A stretch of DNA of 64,000 bases from a virus. Positions 1 through 10,494 of this stretch are shown one piece after another; the first letter of the stretch is position 1, and each line of letters starts with the position of its first letter. The notes under the pieces were generated by a model. The model saw nothing but the letters and a program-made list of their open reading frames with translations. It made no database searches and was not told the DNA's origin. Position numbers and translations under genes: made by a program. Location: IMG/VR virus record IMGVR_UViG_3300037483_000742, positions 28,013 through 92,012 of that record. One strand, written 5' to 3'.

Positions 1-437
1 GAAAACTCAATACCATCAACATTAAAAACTCCGTTTACTATTCTCCACTCAAAAGAACTCTTGTCAAACTCACTCTCTTCATACTCATCATCATGTTGTC
101 TAACATGAAGTTTTGCAGAAGCAGTTCCACATGGGTCTTTCTCCATAGTGACATAGGCTCTTAAAAAGTGCCAGTAGTCTTCAGGGAGAGAGCTAGTGTT
201 ATTAGTGATAGGAAGACACTCTTTTTTAACAAGTGTCCTAATATCATCTGTGTTTCTTTGGCTCATTTCAAAACCTAGTTGATCTCTCAATCTAGGTTCT
301 GCAACCATCTTAACAAATAATTCTTGTGCTTCATTTAATATCCAATCAATTTCAGGAATCAGCAAATTTCTATATTGCTGGCTATCCACCTTGTTGATCT
401 TCATCTTGAAGTCATAGTGCATTTCCTGAATTACCAT
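1..437 (-). CDS. crAss-like conserved structural protein (gene 74-like, neck/ring protein), runs off the window edge
   Basis: Not in the ORF track. Read by hand from ATG at 437: MVIQEMHYDFKMKINKVDSQQYRNLLIPEIDWILNEAQELFVKMVAEPRLRDQLGFEMSQRNTDDIRTLV...; lies two genes downstream of MCP, as in the crAss capsid block. Confidence 0.7.
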   Translation of the reverse strand, partial: MVIQEMHYDFKMKINKVDSQQYRNLLIPEIDWILNEAQELFVKMVAEPRLRDQLGFEMSQRNTDDIRTLVKKECLPITNNTSSLPEDYWHFLRAYVTMEKDPCGTASAKLHVRQHDDEYEESEFDKSSFEWRIVNGVFNVDGIEF

Positions 438-442
438 ATCAA

Positions 443-1237
443 TTAATTAACAGCAGCAGTTAATCTTATTCTCAATTCGTTATTCTCATCTTCATTGAGG
501 TAATCAATTACTTGATAAATATCACCTCCTAGATTTGAACCATTGTATTCAATTTTATGTCCTTTTTTAGTCAGAATGTTTTTCTGTAAACATTCAAGAA
601 CTAAAGCATGAATTTCCATTTTATCAGCATCCAGCTTCATGAAATTAAGAACTTCTTCAGCTTGTTCTTCTAACAATTCACTTATAGCAACTTCAACATG
701 ATTCTCTGATTTTCCTTTCACATTTTTTCCTCCAAGAATCATACACAGTTGTATTTTTTTCTCTAAAGGAAGTTTGGAAACTGCAATCACAGCTTGATTT
801 TTAATTGCTACTTTACTTGCTTTAATTTCCACTTGTTCAGATTCATCATGAATAATGTGTGTAGCATCAGGCCAAAGTCCTTCTTCAATTTCTTGTACTG
901 AGTTGGCTACATACTTTGAAGCTTTACAAATTTTTACTTTAATGAAATCTAACATAGATTTCTCTGGATCAAAGAAAATAGTTTTATTTTCTAATTTTAT
1001 TTGAGCCATTTTTGATTCCCAAAATGGATGTACTTTTCCATTTACAAAATCATCACTTAGATCATAAGAGCAACCTTCTTTTTTCAACTTTTCTATATCT
1101 TTTTCTTCTAGTCCAGTTGCATACTTCATTGTTTTAGGATCAACTAAAGCTTGAACAGTATGTGGTCTTGCAAAACTCTCTGATCCTTTTTTACCATGCC
1201 ATTTATTCTTGTCTATTGGCCTAATTTCTACTTTCAT
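443..1237 (-). CDS. crAss-like conserved capsid-block protein (gene 75-like)
   Basis: 264 aa ORF directly downstream of MCP; position and size match the crAss-like capsid module. Confidence 0.65.
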   Translation of the reverse strand: MKVEIRPIDKNKWHGKKGSESFARPHTVQALVDPKTMKYATGLEEKDIEKLKKEGCSYDLSDDFVNGKVHPFWESKMAQIKLENKTIFFDPEKSMLDFIKVKICKASKYVANSVQEIEEGLWPDATHIIHDESEQVEIKASKVAIKNQAVIAVSKLPLEKKIQLCMILGGKNVKGKSENHVEVAISELLEEQAEEVLNFMKLDADKMEIHALVLECLQKNILTKKGHKIEYNGSNLGGDIYQVIDYLNEDENNELRIRLTAAVN

Positions 1238-1256
1238 ATCTTTCTTTTTTTATGAA

Positions 1257-1290
1257 TATTTGTGGGGGATTTTTATCTCCCCCACAAATA
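1257..1290 (-). terminator. Hairpin downstream of MCP (attenuator or stabiliser)
   Basis: TATTTGTGGGGGAT-TTTT-ATCTCCCCACAAATA inverted repeat between MCP and the next gene; weak U-tract. Confidence 0.6.
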
Positions 1291-1307
1291 TAACATTTAT
1301 TTCAGAA

Positions 1308-2771
1308 TTATGCTCTAGAAAGAATCAATTCTCCACATTTGGTTACATCATGGATGTGAACACCACAAGATTTACCAACATGCATTTCATAGTAGTCACC
1401 AGCATGTGCTGCCATGTGACCTTTAGAAGGACCAAATGGACCTACTGCACCATGAACATAAGTGAAAGTTTCAGCATCTTTTTTCTTCATGTATTTAATG
1501 TTAGAAGAAGAGCTACCACCATCAGCAGAGAAATCTAAGAAAGTGATTCTTTGTGATTCTACAGGATAACCTGTAATTGGATCAATCTCAAAGTTAATCT
1601 CTCTATCATCATACAATGGATTATGCACCAATTCAAGTGTAGCACCATTTGCCATGTTGTATCTTACAAACTGATAACCTGCTTCTAAAGCATTAGTGTT
1701 AAGGTCAGATTTAACCTTGTTGGTAAACACTTCAACGTTTTTAATAAACCCTGATTTGTTCATCCAATCTTGGATAGCTCTGTGGAACATCAACATACCA
1801 TACTCTCCAGTATATCCCTTAACATTACGTCCTCTTCCTGGTTTAGTTCTAGAGTAGAAAATATCCATCAAGAACTCTTCAATCAGAGTTGCAGTTAAGT
1901 TAGAATAACGGTGAATATGTGAATCTTCAAGTTGTTCTTGAATACCTGGGCCAGAGCGCACTGGTCTACCATTAGCACCTTTTACAGTGTCTGTAGAACG
2001 TGTATACCATACACCTCTTTCCAGTTCTCTGTACCACTGTTGCCAGTATTCTACTTCGGCATATTTCATCCATGAAGTATGATACTGACCTTTGTTGTCA
2101 GGGATTGCTACTGCCAATACTTCTTGTGAAGCATAGTCAGTGATTTTGTATTTCTTTCTAAACTTAGACATTTTATTGCTAAGTGAAAGTGGTGTGCTGA
2201 ATTGGGTAGAACCTGATTGTTCAGCAGCCTCTTCATAGAGAGAATACAATTTAGCCCACTGTTGACCAGTAGTTAAATATGTTACTGGGATAAAATCAGC
2301 AGGATCATCAGACATCATCCTTACTTCATATACCCATCCATCTCCATGACGTTGAACTTCAGATTCAACACGTACCTGAAACTTCTTGTTAGAACTTCCT
2401 GGTGAGAGAACATCTCCTGGTACATACCAGTTTTCATCTAGTTTAAGTTTAAATGGTCTTTTAAACTTACCAGGAGTTACATTTGAAGCAGGCATAACAT
2501 TTTCCATTACAACTAATGGTCTTGTGTTAGCTCCTTTCAAATCCCACTCCCAACTAGTAGAGGTGATAGTTTCTTCGGTAGCTTTGTTACCCATCAACAT
2601 GGATAATAGTGGGTTGTCAGAATAGACATTTTGTGCTGAGAATAGCTGGTCCATTTTCCCACTAAATTTGTGTGGTTTTGCCAATAAAGCAGCTCCCAAA
2701 TGGGATTGCTCCGTCATATTAGCATTCCACTGCATTTCTTTAGTAATTAACTTACTTCCAAGTGTTGCCAT
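1308..2771 (-). CDS. Major capsid protein (crAss-like, HK97 fold)
   Basis: 487 aa; GPGIQEQLE, LVHNPLYDDRE and ESQRITFLDF segments resemble crAss-like MCPs; TerL-portal-scaffold-MCP gene order. Confidence 0.88.
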   Translation of the reverse strand: MATLGSKLITKEMQWNANMTEQSHLGAALLAKPHKFSGKMDQLFSAQNVYSDNPLLSMLMGNKATEETITSTSWEWDLKGANTRPLVVMENVMPASNVTPGKFKRPFKLKLDENWYVPGDVLSPGSSNKKFQVRVESEVQRHGDGWVYEVRMMSDDPADFIPVTYLTTGQQWAKLYSLYEEAAEQSGSTQFSTPLSLSNKMSKFRKKYKITDYASQEVLAVAIPDNKGQYHTSWMKYAEVEYWQQWYRELERGVWYTRSTDTVKGANGRPVRSGPGIQEQLEDSHIHRYSNLTATLIEEFLMDIFYSRTKPGRGRNVKGYTGEYGMLMFHRAIQDWMNKSGFIKNVEVFTNKVKSDLNTNALEAGYQFVRYNMANGATLELVHNPLYDDREINFEIDPITGYPVESQRITFLDFSADGGSSSSNIKYMKKKDAETFTYVHGAVGPFGPSKGHMAAHAGDYYEMHVGKSCGVHIHDVTKCGELILSRA

Positions 2772-2804
2772 AATTAGTGTTTAATTTATTTATTTTGTTT
2801 TTGT

Positions 2805-4025
2805 TTAGAAGAAATCAGCTAAAGAGCCACGCTTTTTAGGTGAACCTGATTTTCCTGATTTTGATGGTGTGTTTTTATGTCTTTGTAATTCTTCTTTTGT
2901 CTTCTTTGCAACCTTATCTTCTACAGCATTTTCTATTGCAGTAAAATCAAAATTGCTTTTTAAAAGTTTAGCAATCATAATTGCTTTGTTATCATCTTGC
3001 AGAGCTTCATATAAATCCTTTTGCATTGTGGTAATATGCGCTCCATTTTCTAACTTGACATTCTTTTCTGTCATGTAAGTTGGCAATTCTTTTTTCTCAT
3101 TTTTAGTGAGCTTCAAACTTCCAATGTTCTCTTTATCCTTTACAAGTTCAGCAACTTTTTCTCTAAGTTTTCTTGTGTTCTCTTTGTCTTGAAGGTTAGC
3201 ATTTCTTTGTTTGATTAAAAGAGCTTCTTTTTCTTCTTTGTCTTTTTTCTCCCAAAGTTTATATTTACTTGCTGCAAACGTTGACATTTTATTAGAGTCT
3301 TTCAAGAACTCTATCTGAGCATCAATTGCATCTTTATCATTTCCTTCAAGAGCAAGTTGTTCTCTGATTACTAATTCTTGATTAACTGGATTTTTTAAGT
3401 CAATATTTGCAGTAATTCTACTTGAAACAGATTGTTTAGCCAAGTTTATCAAATATTGTTGGACGTTTCCACCTTCTTTAATAAACTTGAAGAAATTACC
3501 AGCAACTTCTGGCATATCTTTAACTATCTCTTCAATTCTTGTATCTAATCTTGCATCAAAATCATCTTCAAGAATTTCTTCTGCTAATTCATCAGTCAAT
3601 TCTTGACCTTCTTCTAATTCAAATTCAATTAAACCCTTCTCTTTTAAGTAATTTAAAGTTTCTGCTGGTTTAACTTTAGATTTTCTTTCTTTCTTTTTAT
3701 CCTTATCTTTAGGATCATCACCTTCTTCTTCCTCTTCTTCCTCTTCTTCCTCTTCTTCTTGTTCTTCCTCTTCTTCTTCAGTTTCTTTTTCTTCTTTTTC
3801 TTTATTCTCAAAGAAGTCAATATCTGGTTCTTGTTCTTCTTCCTCTTCTTCAGTTTCTTTTTTTACTGGTTTTTCTTTGGCAGATTTGTTTTTATCTATT
3901 GGTAGCTCAATATCATCCTTAATAACTTTGTCTACCACAGACTCTTCTGTTTTGTTTTCTCCAAAAAAATCAATTTCGGGGGTATTCTTATCCCACTCAA
4001 AATTTACATCTTCATTGTCTTTCAT
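2805..4025 (-). CDS. Acidic scaffold-like protein (crAss gene 77-like)
   Basis: 406 aa, long Glu-rich disordered N-terminus plus helical C-terminus; lies between portal and MCP. Confidence 0.7.
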   Translation of the reverse strand: MKDNEDVNFEWDKNTPEIDFFGENKTEESVVDKVIKDDIELPIDKNKSAKEKPVKKETEEEEEEQEPDIDFFENKEKEEKETEEEEEEQEEEEEEEEEEEEGDDPKDKDKKKERKSKVKPAETLNYLKEKGLIEFELEEGQELTDELAEEILEDDFDARLDTRIEEIVKDMPEVAGNFFKFIKEGGNVQQYLINLAKQSVSSRITANIDLKNPVNQELVIREQLALEGNDKDAIDAQIEFLKDSNKMSTFAASKYKLWEKKDKEEKEALLIKQRNANLQDKENTRKLREKVAELVKDKENIGSLKLTKNEKKELPTYMTEKNVKLENGAHITTMQKDLYEALQDDNKAIMIAKLLKSNFDFTAIENAVEDKVAKKTKEELQRHKNTPSKSGKSGSPKKRGSLADFF

Positions 4026-4029
4026 TGTT

Positions 4030-4061
4030 CAAATTTAAGATTAAATATTAATAAAATTCAA
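4030..4061 (-). promoter_or_regulatory. Bacteroidota sigma70-type promoter for scaffold/MCP
   Basis: Minus strand TTG (4061-4059), 21 nt spacer, TAAATTTG (4037-4030); matches the TTG / TAnnTTTG consensus. Confidence 0.6.
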
Positions 4062-4102
4062 GTTTCAAACTTAAAGTTAAAAGTTATGTGTAATAGCTTT
4101 TT

Positions 4103-6517
4103 TTAACTTTTCTGCTTGTTTTTTGTTTGTGCCACTTTAAGTTTTTGTTTTTCCAGGCTTATTTTTTCTGCATCTATTACTTTACTATGTTCAAATTTTT
4201 CTCTTTCTAAGTTTACTTTGCTCTGCTTAATATCAGCATCCAGGCCATTCTTGGCTAGTTCTATGAAATCATTTTCTCCATCATCATCTTTATCTTGATC
4301 TGGATTGAAAGAAGCTCCCACTAGAGTTCCTTGAACAATAACTGTTTTTCTCTTTTCTTCCTCTTTGAGAATAACTAATTCTTTAGCTCTCTCATGTTCT
4401 TTTTCTTTTGCAGCTTCTGCCATTTGCTGCAATTCTTTAGCATGTTTAGCTTGATTTTCTTGTGACATCATTTCTGCGTCTCTTCTTTCTCTTTCAGCTC
4501 CTTTAAGAGTTTCTTCAGCTTCTACAACTCCTTCTTGTCTAATCACACTAATAATATCAGACAATTCTACTTTCTGATTTTGCAGTGCAGCATGAGCAAA
4601 TTGTTTGATCATATCTTTGATCTCAGAAGCTTTACTAGAATCATCTACAAACAATCCTATAGTACTTCCATCAAGTAGACCCATATCAAGATTTAAAACT
4701 TTTCTTGACATATCATCCAGTACATAACTTAATTGTACTACTTGCTTTCCATGATAAGCTACTTTAGCTGTTTCAATAAGTGCAGTTAAAACATTTCTTT
4801 TTACATGTGCATGTAATTCAAAATATGGTTCTAGAATATTTGATGAAGCTGCAATATTAGTTCTGTTGTTTCCTACAGATTCATAAGGAGAAGTTTGACC
4901 TTCTACACCTGGAGTAATACCTACACTTTCTCCAGCTTGTTTTTTAAGATATTCTGCAATTTCAATATATTTTCCAATATCAGAAATCAAAGAAAGGTCT
5001 AATACTTTTGCTACGTTATTAGCATCCATAGAACTTCCTTCTTCATCTGGATTATAATATACAAAAGGAGAACTTTCTAAAAAGTATTGCCACTTCTTCA
5101 CATCCATTCCATCAGTATCAGGAATAGCATTAATGTTCATCAAGATTTTTTTACCTTTATCTGAAGCTAACAACATCTCAAGTCTGTACATTACTATGTT
5201 GAAATAGTATTGATAAACTTTAAGTCTATCCATCAAACAAGTAGGTTCAGAGTTTAAGTTATCACAAATAGCACCATAATAAGATAATTTACAATGATAC
5301 AAATTTGATAAATCTTTAAACTGTCCTTCAACTGGCCCCATTCTTACATGATGGTCATTTATTTTCCAACCTTCATATACTTCAGGAATCCATTCTGTTT
5401 CAATTTTTATATCTCCAGCTTCTCTATTTAATTTATAGCTTTCATCAACTATTTTTTCTTTTTCTTCATCATTCTCATCTCTATAAGTTAAGAATTTTAT
5501 TGGCCTTAAAGATTTCCACTGACAATGTAGAACCCTTACTGTATTTGCATAATCTTGATCATTGTAAGAATCAAAACTAAACATGCTATCTCTTACAAAA
5601 TCTACATTCACTTTTGCCTGTAGACTGTAAATTTCATCAATTTGTCTAGCATTTAATTCTTTTCCAAAATAACTGATAACAGTTGAAGGAGTCATTCTAT
5701 ACTCACATGTAGCAAATTCTCCATCTTCAATGAAATCTAAATCTGGAGATAAATCAGAATTGAATCTTAATGAATTTACATTCCATACTTCAGGATGTCC
5801 ATTCATTATACCTACATACATAACTTCTTTTGCAGAAAGATGTAAGTGTTTGAAAGCTTTATTGAATTTCTTTTTTAGATCACAAGTTCTAGAGAGATAT
5901 TCAAGTAATTGATGTGCCATTACTTCAGCAGGGTCTTGATGTTCCCTCTCCATATAAGTTCTTACCTGTGCTGGAGTTTGTGATTGAATTTCACTCTCCA
6001 TTTGCTGTTGAAGTTGTCTTAATTCTTCTTCAGTTAATTGTCCTCCTTTTAGTTGCTCTTGATATTTGATCTCAATCTGTCTTCTGATTGGTTTCATTAT
6101 ATCATCTACAACAAACTTTTTTATTCTAGAAAATTCTTCTTGTTCTATTCTGGTTGTTGCTTCAGAATTTGTAGCAATCACTTTATACTGGAATGGTCTT
6201 TTAGCTTCCATTCCTAGCACTGATTTTATTTTTCCAGAAGAAATATCTCTGTTTACCATTTGTGCTGGAAGCTCTCCAGCTTCAGCTCCATAAGGTTTAC
6301 AGACATGGTTGAAATCAGAAAGATTCAATTTGTTGTTAAACAAGTCATAGTTAACTTGCATCCTTCTGTATTCAGAAATGTCACCACCAGCTTCACTATA
6401 AAGATCATAATGACCACTATCTAATTGATCCATTTTTTCTTTATACCACTGAAAATCATTAGCTTTTTTCTGAGCTAATGTTAATCTTTCAGTTTGCATA
6501 CCAGTGCCTTTTGCCAT
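4103..6517 (-). CDS. Portal protein
   Basis: About 804 aa from ATG 6517 (track starts at TTG 6541); adjacent to TerL; WIPEVYEGWKI and LMDRLKVYQYYFNIV segments; coiled-coil C-terminus typical of crAss portals. Confidence 0.85.
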   Translation of the reverse strand: MAKGTGMQTERLTLAQKKANDFQWYKEKMDQLDSGHYDLYSEAGGDISEYRRMQVNYDLFNNKLNLSDFNHVCKPYGAEAGELPAQMVNRDISSGKIKSVLGMEAKRPFQYKVIATNSEATTRIEQEEFSRIKKFVVDDIMKPIRRQIEIKYQEQLKGGQLTEEELRQLQQQMESEIQSQTPAQVRTYMEREHQDPAEVMAHQLLEYLSRTCDLKKKFNKAFKHLHLSAKEVMYVGIMNGHPEVWNVNSLRFNSDLSPDLDFIEDGEFATCEYRMTPSTVISYFGKELNARQIDEIYSLQAKVNVDFVRDSMFSFDSYNDQDYANTVRVLHCQWKSLRPIKFLTYRDENDEEKEKIVDESYKLNREAGDIKIETEWIPEVYEGWKINDHHVRMGPVEGQFKDLSNLYHCKLSYYGAICDNLNSEPTCLMDRLKVYQYYFNIVMYRLEMLLASDKGKKILMNINAIPDTDGMDVKKWQYFLESSPFVYYNPDEEGSSMDANNVAKVLDLSLISDIGKYIEIAEYLKKQAGESVGITPGVEGQTSPYESVGNNRTNIAASSNILEPYFELHAHVKRNVLTALIETAKVAYHGKQVVQLSYVLDDMSRKVLNLDMGLLDGSTIGLFVDDSSKASEIKDMIKQFAHAALQNQKVELSDIISVIRQEGVVEAEETLKGAERERRDAEMMSQENQAKHAKELQQMAEAAKEKEHERAKELVILKEEEKRKTVIVQGTLVGASFNPDQDKDDDGENDFIELAKNGLDADIKQSKVNLEREKFEHSKVIDAEKISLEKQKLKVAQTKNKQKS

Positions 6518-6547
6518 AATACCTGTACTTGTAAATAACAAATTTAG

Positions 6548-8692
6548 TTAATTCTGCAACAATTTCAGTAACTTTTTCATATTTTTATTCCCACTTCCAT
6601 CCTCATACACTTTATCTAAAGTTTCTTCCTGGACTTGGATCATGCACATTATTAATGCTGAAACTGCATCGAAGTTACCTTTTCTATTGTATGCTATTAA
6701 TTCTTCCAAAAGTCTGACAGAATATATTCTATCTAAATTTCTGATCTTATTTCCATCTTCATCATGATCTACTACTTCAAGTAACCATTCTTTAATATAT
6801 CTTTCTCCTGCATCTTTTAACTTGTCAGTCATGTGACATCCATAAACCCTTTTAACTTTAGAGTTTTGTATGTTTGCAGAAATAACTCTGTCAGGTTGAG
6901 CTGCTAATAAGTTAAGTCTTTTTATTCTTCTGAAGAAGTTCTTTACAGCAGTAACTTCATTCTCATGCATAATAGTTGTATTATAGAAGTCAGCTAACAT
7001 TTCTGCTATCCTATCCATATCTTCAGGTGTTTCCATCCTTCCAATATATTCTGCAACTATATTGCTATGTAAGAAAGAACCTTTATGTACTCCTTTATAA
7101 ACTATAATACCTGCTAATGATGTTCCTTTATCCTGTCTTACAGGGTCATAACCTATTTTGTATAACCCTTTTGGTGGATTTGCTATAGGTTGTTCATAGA
7201 TTACTACATGTCCTCTTTTGTCTGTAGGAAGATTATGATAACTTGTTATTGGTGTTGCTTTACCATTCAATATAGGTTTGCATTGAATCTGACCTTCATG
7301 ATAATAAAGCTCTACTGGAGTACCTTTTATGTTCTGCCAATCTCTAGCAATAACAAGTCTTAGTTGTGCTTTTAATTCTACTACAGGGAAGTTATTTACA
7401 GAGATGGAAGAGAAGGCTTCATTTGGCCCCATTGGTTTCTCCTGCATCCTTTGATTAATCTCTGTTGAGGTTGCACCATTTTTGATCAAATCTTCTCTGA
7501 TCTTTAACTCTAATTCTTTAGCACCTTTCTGATCTGAATTACCTTGTTCATCATAGTAACCTTCCATGTTCCAGGTTATAGGATGGAAGAAACCACATTT
7601 AGTATCTTGCATTCCTTCATCCCAAATATTGTTGAAAGGAAGTAATCCAAAAGCTTCAGGTCTTGAATGCATGTCAGCATAATCTGCTGTTCCACCTTCC
7701 ATATCTCCTGAAGTTCCAAACAATGTGATCATACCAGTTTTAATAGCTCCTGCCATTACACAATCCTGTGTTGCAGCATAAGAACCTTTTAGTAATCCTG
7801 GTGTTCCAAATGCTCCTGATTCTTCAAAGAAAATATCTTCAGCATCTTTCCCCCTGGCTGCATCTTCATTGTCTTTGAATGTTAAAGCTTGAATCTCTGA
7901 CATCAATCCAAGTTCTAATTCAATACCTGCGGAATTTGTTTCAGAGTATGAAGCTCTGATATGATCTTGTCTTCTGATAAAATCTGAGGGAGTTGCCCAG
8001 GCTGTATGTTCATTGATGAAGTTTATGTTAGCCATTGCCATTGTAAAAATACCTTTAGGATAAAGATATTTTTTCTCATAAGCTCCAAAGATTGTATAGG
8101 ATTCAGGTTTTGAGAAAAAGTTATTTGTAGCAATAGCTGCTGACTTTAGGGAATATCCTTTACGTCTAGATTTACCTACAATAATATTCCATCCACCTCT
8201 AAGATAATCAACTTCAATTTTAACTTCAAGATGTAGACTTTCATACAATCTTTTTAATTCTACAGCTTGACTTAAACTATCTAATTTTAAAGTTGCAGTT
8301 TTTATTTCATCATCTCCAATTGCATCAAGAAGACCTTCTTTAGCAATCATTCTTATCCAAAAGTAATTGTAATCTCCATCCCAAAAATCTGGAAATCCTT
8401 TTATCTTTTTTGATTTACCTTTTGATTTATCATCAACTTTCATTATTGGACAAAAGTTGAGATAGAAATAATGTTCTCCTGTTATTTTACTTCCTCCAAT
8501 TGTATAACCTTCAGTACATCTTTTTCTTTGTTCATACCAATAGTCATACCATGCTGGAGATTCCCAAGGATCATTACAATAATAACCTTGCTTAATAAAT
8601 CTTCTACCTTCTTCTCTGAATAATTGAGTATTAATCCAAATACCATCTGGATTTCTGATTGAATCTAATCTCCCGTCTTTATACTCATCCAT
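6548..8692 (-). CDS. terL: Terminase large subunit
   Basis: Walker A-like VGKSRRKGYS, Walker B IFFEESG, coupling motif FGTSG, RNase H-like nuclease GYDP...NFDAVSA. Confidence 0.92.
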   Translation of the reverse strand: MDEYKDGRLDSIRNPDGIWINTQLFREEGRRFIKQGYYCNDPWESPAWYDYWYEQRKRCTEGYTIGGSKITGEHYFYLNFCPIMKVDDKSKGKSKKIKGFPDFWDGDYNYFWIRMIAKEGLLDAIGDDEIKTATLKLDSLSQAVELKRLYESLHLEVKIEVDYLRGGWNIIVGKSRRKGYSLKSAAIATNNFFSKPESYTIFGAYEKKYLYPKGIFTMAMANINFINEHTAWATPSDFIRRQDHIRASYSETNSAGIELELGLMSEIQALTFKDNEDAARGKDAEDIFFEESGAFGTPGLLKGSYAATQDCVMAGAIKTGMITLFGTSGDMEGGTADYADMHSRPEAFGLLPFNNIWDEGMQDTKCGFFHPITWNMEGYYDEQGNSDQKGAKELELKIREDLIKNGATSTEINQRMQEKPMGPNEAFSSISVNNFPVVELKAQLRLVIARDWQNIKGTPVELYYHEGQIQCKPILNGKATPITSYHNLPTDKRGHVVIYEQPIANPPKGLYKIGYDPVRQDKGTSLAGIIVYKGVHKGSFLHSNIVAEYIGRMETPEDMDRIAEMLADFYNTTIMHENEVTAVKNFFRRIKRLNLLAAQPDRVISANIQNSKVKRVYGCHMTDKLKDAGERYIKEWLLEVVDHDEDGNKIRNLDRIYSVRLLEELIAYNRKGNFDAVSALIMCMIQVQEETLDKVYEDGSGNKNMKKLLKLLQN

Positions 8693-8694
8693 AA

Positions 8695-9273
8695 TTAAAT
8701 AGCTTTGAAGGAAGCTTTTTTAGCAAAAGGACTTACTTTTTTATCACTTCTCATTTTAGCTTTTGCATAAACTTCCTCTTCAACTTTTATCTTCAGTGAT
8801 TCAAAGTTTGTTAGAATTGCTTCTGTATCTTTCAAAGCATTAGTAACATCTTTAGGTTTCAACATTAGATTAAATGTCTTAGGATTTACTTGAGTAAGAT
8901 CAAAAGTATTATTGAAGTGTCTCATTTTTTCTACTGCTTTTTTAGCAGACAAATAATACTGATAACTTTCAGAAGCTTCTTTTTGAAATTTATGAATAGC
9001 AGCTATCCCTTCTTTCATTAAATCATCTATTGGTCTGTCTTCTGAAAAACCTATAGCATTTCTAATTTCAGTTTCTTTCCTGTCTCCACTATAACCTTTA
9101 TAAGGATTAGTTTTTAAAACAGAAGTCATGAACTCAATATATTTGAACTCAGCTCTTGCAATTTCTTTGTCTGCTGATGTATCTCTTTCCCAAATTTCTT
9201 TAAAGGGAGAAATCAACAGAGTTTCAGGAGTGGGGATAACCGCCACTCCCTCTACAATGAATAAGTATGACAT
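8695..9273 (-). CDS. Conserved protein upstream of TerL (terminase small subunit candidate)
   Basis: 192 aa, mainly helical, 2 nt from the TerL start; positional inference only. Confidence 0.45.
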   Translation of the reverse strand: MSYLFIVEGVAVIPTPETLLISPFKEIWERDTSADKEIARAEFKYIEFMTSVLKTNPYKGYSGDRKETEIRNAIGFSEDRPIDDLMKEGIAAIHKFQKEASESYQYYLSAKKAVEKMRHFNNTFDLTQVNPKTFNLMLKPKDVTNALKDTEAILTNFESLKIKVEEEVYAKAKMRSDKKVSPFAKKASFKAI

Positions 9274-9275
9274 AT

Positions 9276-9599
9276 CTATTTATATTTTTCTACTGTGACA
9301 GAGAAATTATCTGCTTCTCTTGCATACTTTAAAATACCATAACCTTTCATTTGTTTTTTTGGTATTTCATAGTAACCTTTTTCTCTAATGTATTTGTTCT
9401 TTACTTCACCACCTATATCATAAAATTTATCATCTATTCTGGTAATACAGTGATTGTCTCTATCTGACCAGTAGGCAATAGCTTCAGGATATATCAGTTT
9501 AAGTATTTTGTACAATCTAAAGCAAGAGCCTTCAGTAAAAATCTTATACTGCACATCAGCAGATTCTCTTAGTTCTTTTAAGAATAGTTCTATATCCAT
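9276..9599 (-). CDS. Small protein with papain/transglutaminase-like Cys-His-Asp spacing
   Basis: FTEGSC (C26), NHC (H50), YDIGG (D61). Confidence 0.4.
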   Translation of the reverse strand: MDIELFLKELRESADVQYKIFTEGSCFRLYKILKLIYPEAIAYWSDRDNHCITRIDDKFYDIGGEVKNKYIREKGYYEIPKKQMKGYGILKYAREADNFSVTVEKYK

Positions 9600-9601
9600 G
9601 T

Positions 9602-10195
9602 TTAAAATTCATCTATTAAACAATAAGTAAATTTCTTCTGTGGTCTTGTTGATCTCATTAAATTGTAATATTTTTCAGTATCATTAGGACACTGACAACC
9701 AGTACTCCATTGACCAATTAAACTTTTGATAATTTTTGCAGTAGCATCATAAGAAACAGTATGAAAGTTAAGTCCATTATTACTCTCTAAAGTCCAGTTA
9801 GTGTTATCTCCTGACTTTTTATTTTTGTTTCCGTCTCTGATTACTTTGAACTCTCCAACCTGACGAAGACATTCCATGTTCTTACCATTGTGTGTTAATG
9901 ATCTTTCCCATACACTATAGTACCATTCATCGGCCTTGATTACTGCTGCACCATTTCTATTCCATTTCATGAAATTAAGAAGACCATAAGTTCCAGGATT
10001 TGTAGTACCTGAAAGCATAGTCACAAATTCTTCATCTTTAAAGACATAAAATTTATCATCAAATTCATCAGGAGAATCTTCATTCGATCTTACTCCTAGA
10101 ATCCAAACTCCACCTGGAATTTTGATAAAACTTGGTAATGATTTTACTTTATTTAAAAGTTCTTCATTGGTGTACTCTCTTACATTTGTTTTCAT
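9602..10195 (-). CDS. Probable endolysin / peptidoglycan enzyme, YkuD (L,D-transpeptidase)-like fold
   Basis: ILGVR...FDD...GTTNPG, RDGNKN, GLNFH...WSTGCQ (H...SxGC catalytic motif). Confidence 0.6.
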   Translation of the reverse strand: MKTNVREYTNEELLNKVKSLPSFIKIPGGVWILGVRSNEDSPDEFDDKFYVFKDEEFVTMLSGTTNPGTYGLLNFMKWNRNGAAVIKADEWYYSVWERSLTHNGKNMECLRQVGEFKVIRDGNKNKKSGDNTNWTLESNNGLNFHTVSYDATAKIIKSLIGQWSTGCQCPNDTEKYYNLMRSTRPQKKFTYCLIDEF

Positions 10196-10494
10196 TTTCT
10201 TACAGTTGCTGTAAATGTGAGGGTTTGATTTGTACCATCATCATAATACAAGGTTATTGATTTTTTAGTTTTGTATTCTGTCTTGTTCTGTTGAATCAAA
10301 TGCAAAGGAATGTTGGCAGGGTTGTAGCTTACAGTTAATTTTTTTGATGGTTTATCCCAGGATGGTTCACTACATCCACATGAAGAACTCATATTCTTTA
10401 TTTCTTTGAAATCTCCTATAGCTTGAAAGATAACTTCTTTCTTGATCTTTGGTCTTACAACTCCTAAACTAATTTCTGTCTGTTCCCATTCCAT
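10192..10494 (-). CDS. DUF1573-like Ig-fold protein
   Basis: SSSCGCSEP motif in a 100 aa all-beta sequence, typical of Bacteroidota DUF1573. Confidence 0.55.
   Translation of the reverse strand: MEWEQTEISLGVVRPKIKKEVIFQAIGDFKEIKNMSSSCGCSEPSWDKPSKKLTVSYNPANIPLHLIQQNKTEYKTKKSITLYYDDGTNQTLTFTATVRK

Noticed and set aside
3721-3860. (TCT/TCC)n low-complexity repeat
   Set aside because: It simply encodes the poly-Glu tract of the scaffold-like protein.
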